Shown here: one piece after another, positions 12,783 to 21,102 of the stretch
Position numbering within the stretch: the stretch's first letter is position 1
Layout: every line of letters starts with the position of its first letter
DNA from: Pseudomonadota bacterium
Lineage (GTDB): Bacteria; Pseudomonadota; Alphaproteobacteria; Kiloniellales; Kiloniellaceae
Assembly (NCBI GenBank): GCA_039028695.1
Contig: JBCCHN010000005.1
Location: 5,444-69,443, forward strand
Length of the DNA: 64,000 bases
Direction: 5' to 3'
Position numbers and translations under genes: made by a program
Notes under the pieces: model-generated
Database searches by the model: none
What the model was told of the DNA's origin: nothing
What the model saw: the letters and a program-made list of their open reading frames with translations, nothing else

Positions 12783-14090
12783 TCACCCGGTGGCGGTGAC
12801 GATATCCGTTAGATTGGCCTTGGCGGTTTTGGCTTTGGTCAGGTCCACATCCAGTAAGTTGGCCTTGGTTAGGTCCGCGTTTTCCAGATCGGCGCCATCC
12901 AAGATCGCACCGGTCAGGTTGGACGGCCACTGTTTGCCGGTCGGGGCACCATCCGCGTCTTTGATATCGACCGGCCCCAAGCTTACACCGCTCAGATTGG
13001 CGTGGGACAAATCTGCTCCAGCCAGACGCGCGCCCGACAGGTTAGCGCCGTTCAATTGGCAACCGCGCATACGGGCATCGGACAAATCGGCCATGGCCAT
13101 GTCCACCTCATAAAGACGCGTCTCAACAAAGCTGACACCCTTCAACGAGGCACCGCTCAAATTAACCTGGCTGAGATTTTTGCCATCCAAATTCATGCCG
13201 TCCAAAACGGCCCGCTTGCCCTTGCGGCCACTTGTGATGGCCCAGGTCTCGTGGTTGGTGATCATGTCTTGAAGGTCGGGCGGGAGGGACGCAATGGACA
13301 TATCGCTGGAAACCATGCCCAAATTCGCCTTGGAAAAATCGACGCCGTCAGTAATGGCACCGGACAGGTCCGTATTGTCAAAGTTCGCGTTATCGACCTT
13401 GGCATTGCTCAGGTCCGCATTGCGCAAATCCGCATTGGCGAAATCGGCGCCGCTCAGGTCCGCATCGGCCAAAAGGGCCTTGGGCAGCTTGGCATTTCCC
13501 AGCTTGGCTCCCGACAGGTTGCAGCCCTGCATCTTTGCGCCGCTAAAATCTGCCCCCTGCAGCGAGGCGCCGGCCATGTTGACGCCGGAAAAATTGCCTC
13601 TTTTTGCATCCAGGTTGTCCATTTCCACATCACGGAGATCGACCGCTTCAAAGGTGCGGAACTCTCCATTGTCGAGCATTGCCCCACCCCGCAGGTCGGC
13701 GCCTTCCAACTTGGCGTCGCGGAGTTTGACATTTTTCATCTCTGCGCCGCGCAAATCTGCGCCTGAGAGATTAGATCCGGACAGGTCCGCAGCACTAAGA
13801 TCGGCTGAAAAAAGGTCGGTTTCGGAAAGGTCGGCGCCATTTAACTGGCTGGATTTCAGATTGACACCCGACATTTTGGCCTTGCACAGGTTGACACCTT
13901 CCAAGACCAGGCCGCGCGCATCTAAGTCCCGCAAATTGGCGCGAACGCCCCCGCTGCGCCCCAGCAACCATCGCTCGTGGCTCGCGATCGCGTTGAGTAT
14001 TTCCATTGGTGTCAAGGCGGTCCCCGATCCAAAAACGTCGTTCTTAAGCCACATTGGCTGAGCGAATTCGCAACTCGTCGATATTCGCAA
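12783..14090 (-). CDS. pentapeptide-repeat protein, two repeat modules
   Basis: 435 aa dominated by A(D/N)LSG-type pentapeptides (ADLSGADFANADLRNADLSNAKVDNANF...). Two modules, each preceded by a similar motif (IASHERWLLGRSGGVRANL and ITNHETWAITSGRKGKRAVL). Confidence 0.9.
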   Translation of the reverse strand: MRISTSCEFAQPMWLKNDVFGSGTALTPMEILNAIASHERWLLGRSGGVRANLRDLDARGLVLEGVNLCKAKMSGVNLKSSQLNGADLSETDLFSADLSAADLSGSNLSGADLRGAEMKNVKLRDAKLEGADLRGGAMLDNGEFRTFEAVDLRDVEMDNLDAKRGNFSGVNMAGASLQGADFSGAKMQGCNLSGAKLGNAKLPKALLADADLSGADFANADLRNADLSNAKVDNANFDNTDLSGAITDGVDFSKANLGMVSSDMSIASLPPDLQDMITNHETWAITSGRKGKRAVLDGMNLDGKNLSQVNLSGASLKGVSFVETRLYEVDMAMADLSDARMRGCQLNGANLSGARLAGADLSHANLSGVSLGPVDIKDADGAPTGKQWPSNLTGAILDGADLENADLTKANLLDVDLTKAKTAKANLTDIVTATG

Positions 14091-14382
14091 AAAAGGGTTA
14101 ATGATTTATATTTTATGGAATCGTCGATGAAGGAGCAGTTAATCTTTGGTGGTAAATTTTCTTAAAATTCCAAATATAATGAAAAGGCATCCAACCGGGG
14201 AAATCATACGGAAGCCTCGAGTTTTAATTAATGCGCTAAATCGAAGAGAAAAAATTGATGCTCGGGTCATGGGCATTGTTGCCCAGGATCACCGCCGAGA
14301 TCTTATTGGCGAGACCTTACTGGGTGGCAAAAGACGAACACCAGCCCCGGCATTGTCGAATTGAAGGTACTCAATAGGAACG

Positions 14383-15687
14383 CTAACCGCCGTCCCTTAA
14401 GATGGTGCCCGTCGCTCTCTTGGATTTAATTTTGGCAAGGTCGCTTTCGGTCGTGATAAAAACCTCGAAAGTCTCGTTCTGCTCTAATGAAAGGCCATCC
14501 AACAAGGGAACCTTAAGCGTGGTTTCGGTTTGCCCCGGGCGAAGGGTCACCGTGCCGACGGCTTCCTTGTAGTGCGTGCCGGCCTTGGCCGTCCCATCAA
14601 AGGTCGCATAGATAACAAGCACCTCAAAGTCGGACGGCGCCGATAGCTCCACCTTAAAGACCACGTCGGCCTCGCCAGCCGTTGCCTTGCCTTCTAAAAT
14701 GCTCAGCACGGGAAGATCTTGAGACACTGTGGTTTGAACGGCCGCAGGCACCGCGGCAACCTCTTGGTTGCCGACATCCTCGGATGGCTCACCTTTGGTG
14801 GCGACTACCGTCTCTTCAAATTCGCCGTCCCCATTCCCATTTCCGGTGTCGGAAAGGCCCGCAATCTCGGATTCTTCTTCGACTGCCACAGCACTCTTAT
14901 CGATTTGACTTGCTTCTTTCAGATCTTCAGCCTCTGGCGAAGCGACTTGATCTGACATTAGCTGATCTTCTGTCGAGGACGCCTCACCCTGAACCAGCGT
15001 GTCTGCGTCGGCGGCGGCATCAGCCCCAGCACTTTCCACAGCTGTGGCTGTTTCTTCTTGCCCTGCGAGGTCCTGAGCGCCATTGCCTTCGGCCTGCGTA
15101 TCCACCTGCGCAGCAACGTCTTTATCGCTCTGTGCCTGCGATACACCTTGGTCCTGGATCCCCGCTATTCCGGTGATCTGCACCTCGTCCGTTGGACCGC
15201 CTGCAAATTGTTTCTCAGCAATCACACGACCATCTTGAACGCTGAGCACTATATTTGCTTGACGTACCTCGTATAAACCGCCCCGCCAAGATTCCAAACT
15301 TCCGCTGATCGTTCGACCATCAGCAAGCGAGATCTGCACCGCGTCGATTTCGGTACGGGACAATTGCCGCACACCGCCGACCGTCCCTCGCAACATAATG
15401 GTATTGCGGGTCGAGTGGATAATTTCACCTTCAATACGCTGGCCGTTTTCCAAAACAAAAACCGCCGCCTCGCCGTCGGACGGCAGGGTCAACATCAACA
15501 GCCCCGCCAAGCCAGCGGACGCCAAAAGCCGCACGCCAGCTTGCTTTTGCCCAGCTCTCTTTTGCAAAGCGGTATTCCTCCCCAAAGAACAATTGGCAGC
15601 CACTGGATGGACCTTCGGCATTTTTCGGCTGTGGGTCACGGCACTATCCTTTCCAGCGGCGCCAATGGTTGAGTCGAGCCCCGTCAC
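14383..15687 (-). CDS. membrane-anchored/secreted protein with acidic linker and C-terminal Calx-beta domain
   Basis: Hydrophobic segment GVRLLASAGLAGLLMLTL, a D/E/Q-rich low-complexity middle, and a Calx-beta-like C-terminus (VVFKVELSAPSDFEVLVIYATFDGTAKAGTHYKEAVGTVTLRPGQTETTLKVPLLDG). Start uncertain: GTG 15687 or ATG 15621. Confidence 0.7.
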   Translation of the reverse strand: MTGLDSTIGAAGKDSAVTHSRKMPKVHPVAANCSLGRNTALQKRAGQKQAGVRLLASAGLAGLLMLTLPSDGEAAVFVLENGQRIEGEIIHSTRNTIMLRGTVGGVRQLSRTEIDAVQISLADGRTISGSLESWRGGLYEVRQANIVLSVQDGRVIAEKQFAGGPTDEVQITGIAGIQDQGVSQAQSDKDVAAQVDTQAEGNGAQDLAGQEETATAVESAGADAAADADTLVQGEASSTEDQLMSDQVASPEAEDLKEASQIDKSAVAVEEESEIAGLSDTGNGNGDGEFEETVVATKGEPSEDVGNQEVAAVPAAVQTTVSQDLPVLSILEGKATAGEADVVFKVELSAPSDFEVLVIYATFDGTAKAGTHYKEAVGTVTLRPGQTETTLKVPLLDGLSLEQNETFEVFITTESDLAKIKSKRATGTILRDGG

Positions 15688-15714
15688 AGGGGGCCCGACT
15701 TTAAACGCCCCGCC

Positions 15715-16683
15715 TTATTGCATTGTGGCGAGCTTATCCGCCGCCGGTCCGAATCGGTTCCAGCCCGGCAAGTCTTCCTGCAGGTCGACTTCTTGCCACT
15801 TAGGATGATAAGGCGCTTCTTTCAGCGTCTCGATGTTATCGAAGAAGCGATCCACAAAACCTTTGACCTTGCGATAGCGGTCGCTTTCCGGATCCCAATT
15901 GTAAGCGGCCATAACGGCACCTACGGCAACCGTCGGCACCTCACCGCCCGCTGCAATGAGGTTTGGATAGTCATCCGACGTCAGGACCGAGCCGATGTAG
16001 GCACCCTCGACCGCATCCGGCAAGATGCTCACCAGCTGCAATCCCTCGTCCGAGCCAATCTGCGACAGTAGATTGAGCGGCTTACCGCCAACAAATACCA
16101 GACCATCAATCTCGCCATTGCGTAATTTGTCCAAAGCGATCAATTCGCTATCCGTGGTCACCTCAACGTCGATATCCAGCGACTCAAACACGATTCCAGC
16201 GGTCATGAAGGTGCCGCTACCTTGGGTTCCGAAATTGACCTTTTTGCCGGCCAATTCGGAAACGTTGTTAATGTCGGTGCGGGTCAGAAGATGCACCTCT
16301 TCCTCATAGAGCTTGGCGATATAGGTGACCTTGTTTTCCACATTGGGATAGACGCCGGCCGCCTTATAAAAATCCAGCACATCCGATTGCACGATGGCGA
16401 TATCGATGCCCTTCAACAGCAACAAATCCTCAATGTTGCGAATAGAGCCCTTGCCCAACACCGCCATCACCCGATGATCGTAGCCGCTGTCGAGAGCGTT
16501 GGATAAATCGGACGCGATCCGCACGTAGGTGCCGGTAACTCCGCCCGATATGACGCCCACGGTGCCTGCGTTGACGATGTCGCGCTGCTCGAAAACGTTT
16601 TGCGCCGTGACGTTGGACGTCAAGACCGCGCTAGCAAATAGCCCCGCAATCGCGCCCAACAGGTTTTTTGTAACGTTACTCAT
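15715..16683 (-). CDS. TAXI-family TRAP-type solute receptor (orphan, no membrane component nearby)
   Basis: Signal peptide MSNVTKNLLGAIAGLFASAVLTSNVTA. TAXI-like core GVISGGVTGTYVRIASDL...GIDIAIVQSDV...LAGKKVNFGTQGSGTF...GEIDGLVFVGGKP. Start taken at the ATG at 16683, not the ORF-track 16722. Confidence 0.85.
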   Translation of the reverse strand: MSNVTKNLLGAIAGLFASAVLTSNVTAQNVFEQRDIVNAGTVGVISGGVTGTYVRIASDLSNALDSGYDHRVMAVLGKGSIRNIEDLLLLKGIDIAIVQSDVLDFYKAAGVYPNVENKVTYIAKLYEEEVHLLTRTDINNVSELAGKKVNFGTQGSGTFMTAGIVFESLDIDVEVTTDSELIALDKLRNGEIDGLVFVGGKPLNLLSQIGSDEGLQLVSILPDAVEGAYIGSVLTSDDYPNLIAAGGEVPTVAVGAVMAAYNWDPESDRYRKVKGFVDRFFDNIETLKEAPYHPKWQEVDLQEDLPGWNRFGPAADKLATMQ

Positions 16684-16833
16684 GCTAATAACTTGTGCCT
16701 CCCTACATGGCCCGGCGATCAAGCGGCATACCCGACATGGATTCGCGGGGGCCTGTTTTTTCCATTCTATCGGACGTCGCGGTCATCAGCGGTTGATAAT
16801 CCCCAGTCCGAAAGACTACTTCTCTTCCCCGTC

Positions 16834-18324
16834 TTACTCGGCCGCCGGCTGATCACTTTCACCAGCGGCTGCGTTCAAAGCTTCGATACGCTTTGCGGTG
16901 TCACTTAACTTCTCTCGCAGCTCGGCAATATCCGCGTTGGATTTTTCAGCCGCCGCGGCAAAAAGATTCTCGATCCAAACCGCCGTGGCATTCCCCAAGT
17001 TCTGAAAATCGGATTGAAGTTCGCCGATACTCGTATTGGCATCGGTCAGACCAACCTTTAAATGTTGGATCTGTTGTTTCGCCGCCACCAACGCCTGTTC
17101 CTTTTCGGCGACGCCCGTGACCGCCTGGGTCAAACGATCCACCTCGCCTTGAGAAATAATCAGCATCTTGGCGATTTTTTCCGATTCTCCTTTGAGGGAT
17201 GCTAAATCCTGGCTGAGCTGGGCCTTATCCGCCTCCGCCGCTGTCAAGGCCCCTCTTAATTTCTCATTGTCACCCTGAGCCACTGACAGATGTTTGTTCA
17301 ATCGTGTCAGATCCTCTTGGGCAGCCGCAGCCGTTTCTCTGTGGCCGACAATTTCGGCCTGCAACACAGCGATTTGCTCCAGGTCCTGCTGCGTTTTCGA
17401 TAACGTCTCCGTCAGGCGCTGTTGCTCGGCTTGGGCTTGCTCCAGATCCTGTTTCAAGGTGTTGGATTCGGCAGACGACGCCTTCAAAATTTGGATCATC
17501 GCCTGCTTTTCAGCTTCCGACTCAGACAGTCCCTGTTTGGCCGTGTCCAGGTCCGCTTCCAGTTGGCTTTGAGCTTGCAAAGCATCACTCAACCTGGATT
17601 GGCTCTGTGTCAACTGGTTTTCCGAATCCGTAATCCGGCGACTGAGGTTTTGCACCTCGGTCTCGGCGGCGGAAAGAGCCTCAGACTGCGCTGTGGTCTT
17701 TTCCAGTTCCCCGGTCAAGGTCGCGATCTGGCTTTGAGCCTCTGCCAACTCGGCATTTTTACTGTCCAAACCCGATTGTAGGGTCTTCGACTCCTGTCGT
17801 GCCGCAGACAAGTCATTTTTCAGTCCGTTTGCCACTCCTTCTGAGAGGGCCAATTTTTCCTTCTGACTGGATACCTGTTGGCGTGCGGTAGTCAGCTGTT
17901 CACCGAGGCGTGCCCGTTCGATGGAGCTCGCATCCAGCAGCTTTTTTTGCTCCGCCAACTGAGCCTCGGCTTCGGCCTTTGCCAACTCGGCTTTCTCCAG
18001 CGCCGCGGTGAGCTGATCAAGCTCGTCGAGAACCGTCGTCATCATTTGCCGTAAGCTGGAGCCGCCCGATGCATCAGCGGCCATCGCGTCGCTGGCCGTC
18101 GACTCCTCGCCGGCCGCCAAAAGCACTCTCGGCCCATGGTCTCGACTATCCGTAAGCCGCCATGTCGCGCCCGACAGAGTTGTTGCAACCGGTTGGAATT
18201 TCGCCGGTAAAAATAGGTCTGAAGTATAAGGTTTAGGAACGGCCTCGGCATTGTGTCCCAGGACGAGTCCTGTTCCCAAGATGGCCGAGCCCAACAGGAT
18301 CGATTTGAACGGCAAGTACTTCAT
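16834..18324 (-). CDS. secreted long coiled-coil protein
   Basis: Signal peptide MKYLPFKSILLGSAILGTGLVLGHNAEA, followed by about 400 aa of Q/E/L/A-rich heptad-like sequence. No enzymatic motif. Start taken at the ATG at 18324. Confidence 0.7.
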   Translation of the reverse strand: MKYLPFKSILLGSAILGTGLVLGHNAEAVPKPYTSDLFLPAKFQPVATTLSGATWRLTDSRDHGPRVLLAAGEESTASDAMAADASGGSSLRQMMTTVLDELDQLTAALEKAELAKAEAEAQLAEQKKLLDASSIERARLGEQLTTARQQVSSQKEKLALSEGVANGLKNDLSAARQESKTLQSGLDSKNAELAEAQSQIATLTGELEKTTAQSEALSAAETEVQNLSRRITDSENQLTQSQSRLSDALQAQSQLEADLDTAKQGLSESEAEKQAMIQILKASSAESNTLKQDLEQAQAEQQRLTETLSKTQQDLEQIAVLQAEIVGHRETAAAAQEDLTRLNKHLSVAQGDNEKLRGALTAAEADKAQLSQDLASLKGESEKIAKMLIISQGEVDRLTQAVTGVAEKEQALVAAKQQIQHLKVGLTDANTSIGELQSDFQNLGNATAVWIENLFAAAAEKSNADIAELREKLSDTAKRIEALNAAAGESDQPAAE

Positions 18325-18582
18325 GTAGCGCCCCCAAGTTAGTCGGGCGAAGTCTACGATTTCGAACATGCCGCGACAACTCGCGGAACCGTAGAAAGAT
18401 GTGGATAACTTTGTGTATTTTTCATCGAACCTCTTCCTATGACGCGGCTTTCGGCGTCATCGCCGCGATCGCCGCGTTGTGGCAACTTGTTCTCTTCCTT
18501 ACAGCAGGGTGCGCTTTTATAAAATTGTGGCTTTTGTTACAAATACGTAACGACCCGCTGTTCATTTACGCGGGCAAGGCTC

Positions 18583-20811
18583 TTACGCGGATTTTGCTTT
18601 ATGATCATGAAACACATGCTCTTCCAGCCCGACTGCCTCCCCATCTGTATGATCGATCAACAAAGGCAGAAAAAGCGCAACCTCGGCGCCCTGCTCCGGG
18701 CGGCTGCTCAATCTCAGCACGCCGCCAGACTGAATTGCGAATCCATAGGCCATGCTTAGGCCGAGGCCGCTACCCTCACCCACATTCTTGGTGGTGAAAA
18801 AAGGCTCAGTCGCGTGTTCGAGAACACGGTCGTCCATTCCCATTCCCGTATCCGAGACAGCGATAACCGCATAGTCCCCCATGGACAAACCAAATTGAGA
18901 GGCTCTGCTTCGCTCACTCAGATTTAAAGTCGAGACAGATACCTTTAGCTGACCACCCTCGGGCATGGCTTGCTTGGCATTTAGGGCGAGGGTCAGCAAG
19001 ACTTCGCCCAATTGGGTCAAATCCACCCGCACCCAGCAGGGTTCATCGCAGACCTGGTAGCTCAGGTGAATTGCCTCACCCAGAAGTGGCTTAAGAGACT
19101 GAAATATTTCATAGGTATGGTGATTAACTTCGATCTCAGCTGCATCGGGCTTGCGCCGCCGGGAAAAGATCATCAGACGTTCGGTCAAAATAGCCCCCCG
19201 ATTGGCAGCTCGTCGAATGGCACTCAATGATCTGCCTAAGGGTTCAGGCAGCTTTCCGGCACGCTCTTCAAGAATCTCGGTATGGCCCAGAATGACTGCC
19301 AATAAATTATTGAAATCGTGGGCCACGCCACCGGTCAATTGTCCGATGGCTTCCATCTTTTGGGCATAACGAAGCTTTTCGTTCAACGCTTCTCGTTCGG
19401 TTATGTCCTCAATCATCAGCAGCCCTAGTGATGCCTTCCAATCCTTGTCTTTAATCACACTCGCCGTGATATGGGCACTGAACAACGACCTATCGTTTCT
19501 GATAAGCCGCGTTTCGAACTGGGAAATCGTCTCGTCATCGGCGGCGATTTTATCCGATAGTTCGGCAAACTGCGCGACATCATCAGCACTCAAGATATCG
19601 GACAGGGAAAGGCCCGCCATTTCCCGCGCCCCATAGCCAAGAACTTCACAGGCCCGGTTGTTAGCCATTAAAAAACGAAGGTCGGGTCCCAGGATCGTCA
19701 TGCCCAAGGAACCGTGTTCGAACACTCGGCGAAACTTTTCTTCGCTGGCACGCAGGGCATTTTCAGCAGATTTTCGGTGTGCTACGTCGATGCGGATAGA
19801 TTCCGCCATCAAATCGAATGATTTGCCTAAATCGCGCAGCTCGCGAGGGGTTATTGCCGACATTTTCTCAACCCGAGACGACAAATCACCGGTCGCCATC
19901 TTGAGTGCTGCGGCCCGAACAGCGAGAACCGGCCGAGTCAAATACCCGGATAGAACCCACCCCAAAATCGCGGCGACAAAAAAACCGATCGCAATTGTAT
20001 TGAAAATAAAACGATCGACCGATTCGGCCCGGGCGACCAATTCTTCCATGGGCTGAGGAATCAAGACACCCCATCCGGTCGCTGGCACAGGCGCATGGGC
20101 GCTGATCATCTCTTCTTGCAGCGCCGGCGAATAGAAATTGGTTACACCATTCCTGCGCTGGGCAATCTGCCGCACGGGCTCCAAGGCCGATAAATCACGT
20201 ACCTCTTGATGCCATGCCTTTACCGGGTGGGCCAGAACCTTGCCGTTCCGGTCCACGATAGTGGCATGCCCCCTCTCGCCAAAAGACACATCTTCGGCCA
20301 CCTTCAAGAAGTAACCTGTTCCGATGGTTGCCACCACGAGCTTGCCGCTGGCAAATCGGCTGAGCAAGATCTCCGGACCATCTTTTCCCAACCTAACCGG
20401 AGAGAAGCCGCTTCGGTCGTTTCCTGCTTCCTTTATATAGAGCGCAATTTCTTCAATAGAGAGAGATGACGGACAAGCCGATTTTGTTCCGGCAAAAAAT
20501 TCCGTAACCGCACCCGTCTTTGGGTCGACGACACAAATGCTCTTGAAATCTAAGTTGCTGGCGAATGGCTCCAAGCCCCCAATCTGATTCCCGGCGATTG
20601 CGTTATCGGTCATCAGCGCAAAAATCGCCGTCACATCCTCGGCATAGTGAGTAAGCGAGCTGGCAATGCCTTTTGCCAACAATAAGTTTCTTTCTGCTAC
20701 GATTTCGATTTCGTTCTGCAGCGCTTTGGACCCTGGCCAGAGCCCGAACAACGCGATGGGAACAGCCGTAACCAGAAAAAAAGATGCAAATAGTAGGAAT
20801 CTGATTCTCAT
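18583..20811 (-). CDS. sensor histidine kinase (TM, Cache-like periplasmic domain, TM, HAMP, PAS, HisKA, HATPase)
   Basis: 742 aa. Two TM segments bracket about 260 aa. H-box GGVAHDFNNLL. G-boxes SDTGMGM and GSGLGLSM. Confidence 0.9.
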   Translation of the reverse strand: MRIRFLLFASFFLVTAVPIALFGLWPGSKALQNEIEIVAERNLLLAKGIASSLTHYAEDVTAIFALMTDNAIAGNQIGGLEPFASNLDFKSICVVDPKTGAVTEFFAGTKSACPSSLSIEEIALYIKEAGNDRSGFSPVRLGKDGPEILLSRFASGKLVVATIGTGYFLKVAEDVSFGERGHATIVDRNGKVLAHPVKAWHQEVRDLSALEPVRQIAQRRNGVTNFYSPALQEEMISAHAPVPATGWGVLIPQPMEELVARAESVDRFIFNTIAIGFFVAAILGWVLSGYLTRPVLAVRAAALKMATGDLSSRVEKMSAITPRELRDLGKSFDLMAESIRIDVAHRKSAENALRASEEKFRRVFEHGSLGMTILGPDLRFLMANNRACEVLGYGAREMAGLSLSDILSADDVAQFAELSDKIAADDETISQFETRLIRNDRSLFSAHITASVIKDKDWKASLGLLMIEDITEREALNEKLRYAQKMEAIGQLTGGVAHDFNNLLAVILGHTEILEERAGKLPEPLGRSLSAIRRAANRGAILTERLMIFSRRRKPDAAEIEVNHHTYEIFQSLKPLLGEAIHLSYQVCDEPCWVRVDLTQLGEVLLTLALNAKQAMPEGGQLKVSVSTLNLSERSRASQFGLSMGDYAVIAVSDTGMGMDDRVLEHATEPFFTTKNVGEGSGLGLSMAYGFAIQSGGVLRLSSRPEQGAEVALFLPLLIDHTDGEAVGLEEHVFHDHKAKSA

Positions 20812-21102
20812 GGGTTTCGATCGGCACTGATAACAGCTGGCAAATCCTGAGCCCTTTCGGCAAATCTGGGACGAATCACCACCCCGACGCCATTAACAAA
20901 TCTCTAAGAATGAAGATCTTGCCCCGTTTCGTCGGAATTTCGCGCCTATCAGGCGTGGACAAGGTAACCAAATTTAAGAGTTAGGAAAAGGGATGGATAC
21001 ATTTTTCAATTCTAAAGCGACCGTTAACCTCGGGACAGTAAAGTGGCCGGATCTATACGGAGATGGTCGAAAACTTACACCGGGTCATGGAGTTGGTTGG
21101 TC

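Noticed and set aside
13002-14061. Two ORFs of about 255 aa on the plus strand opposite the pentapeptide-repeat gene
   Set aside because: The repetitive pentapeptide coding sequence keeps several frames open. Only the minus-strand frame gives the regular A(D/N)LxG repeat.
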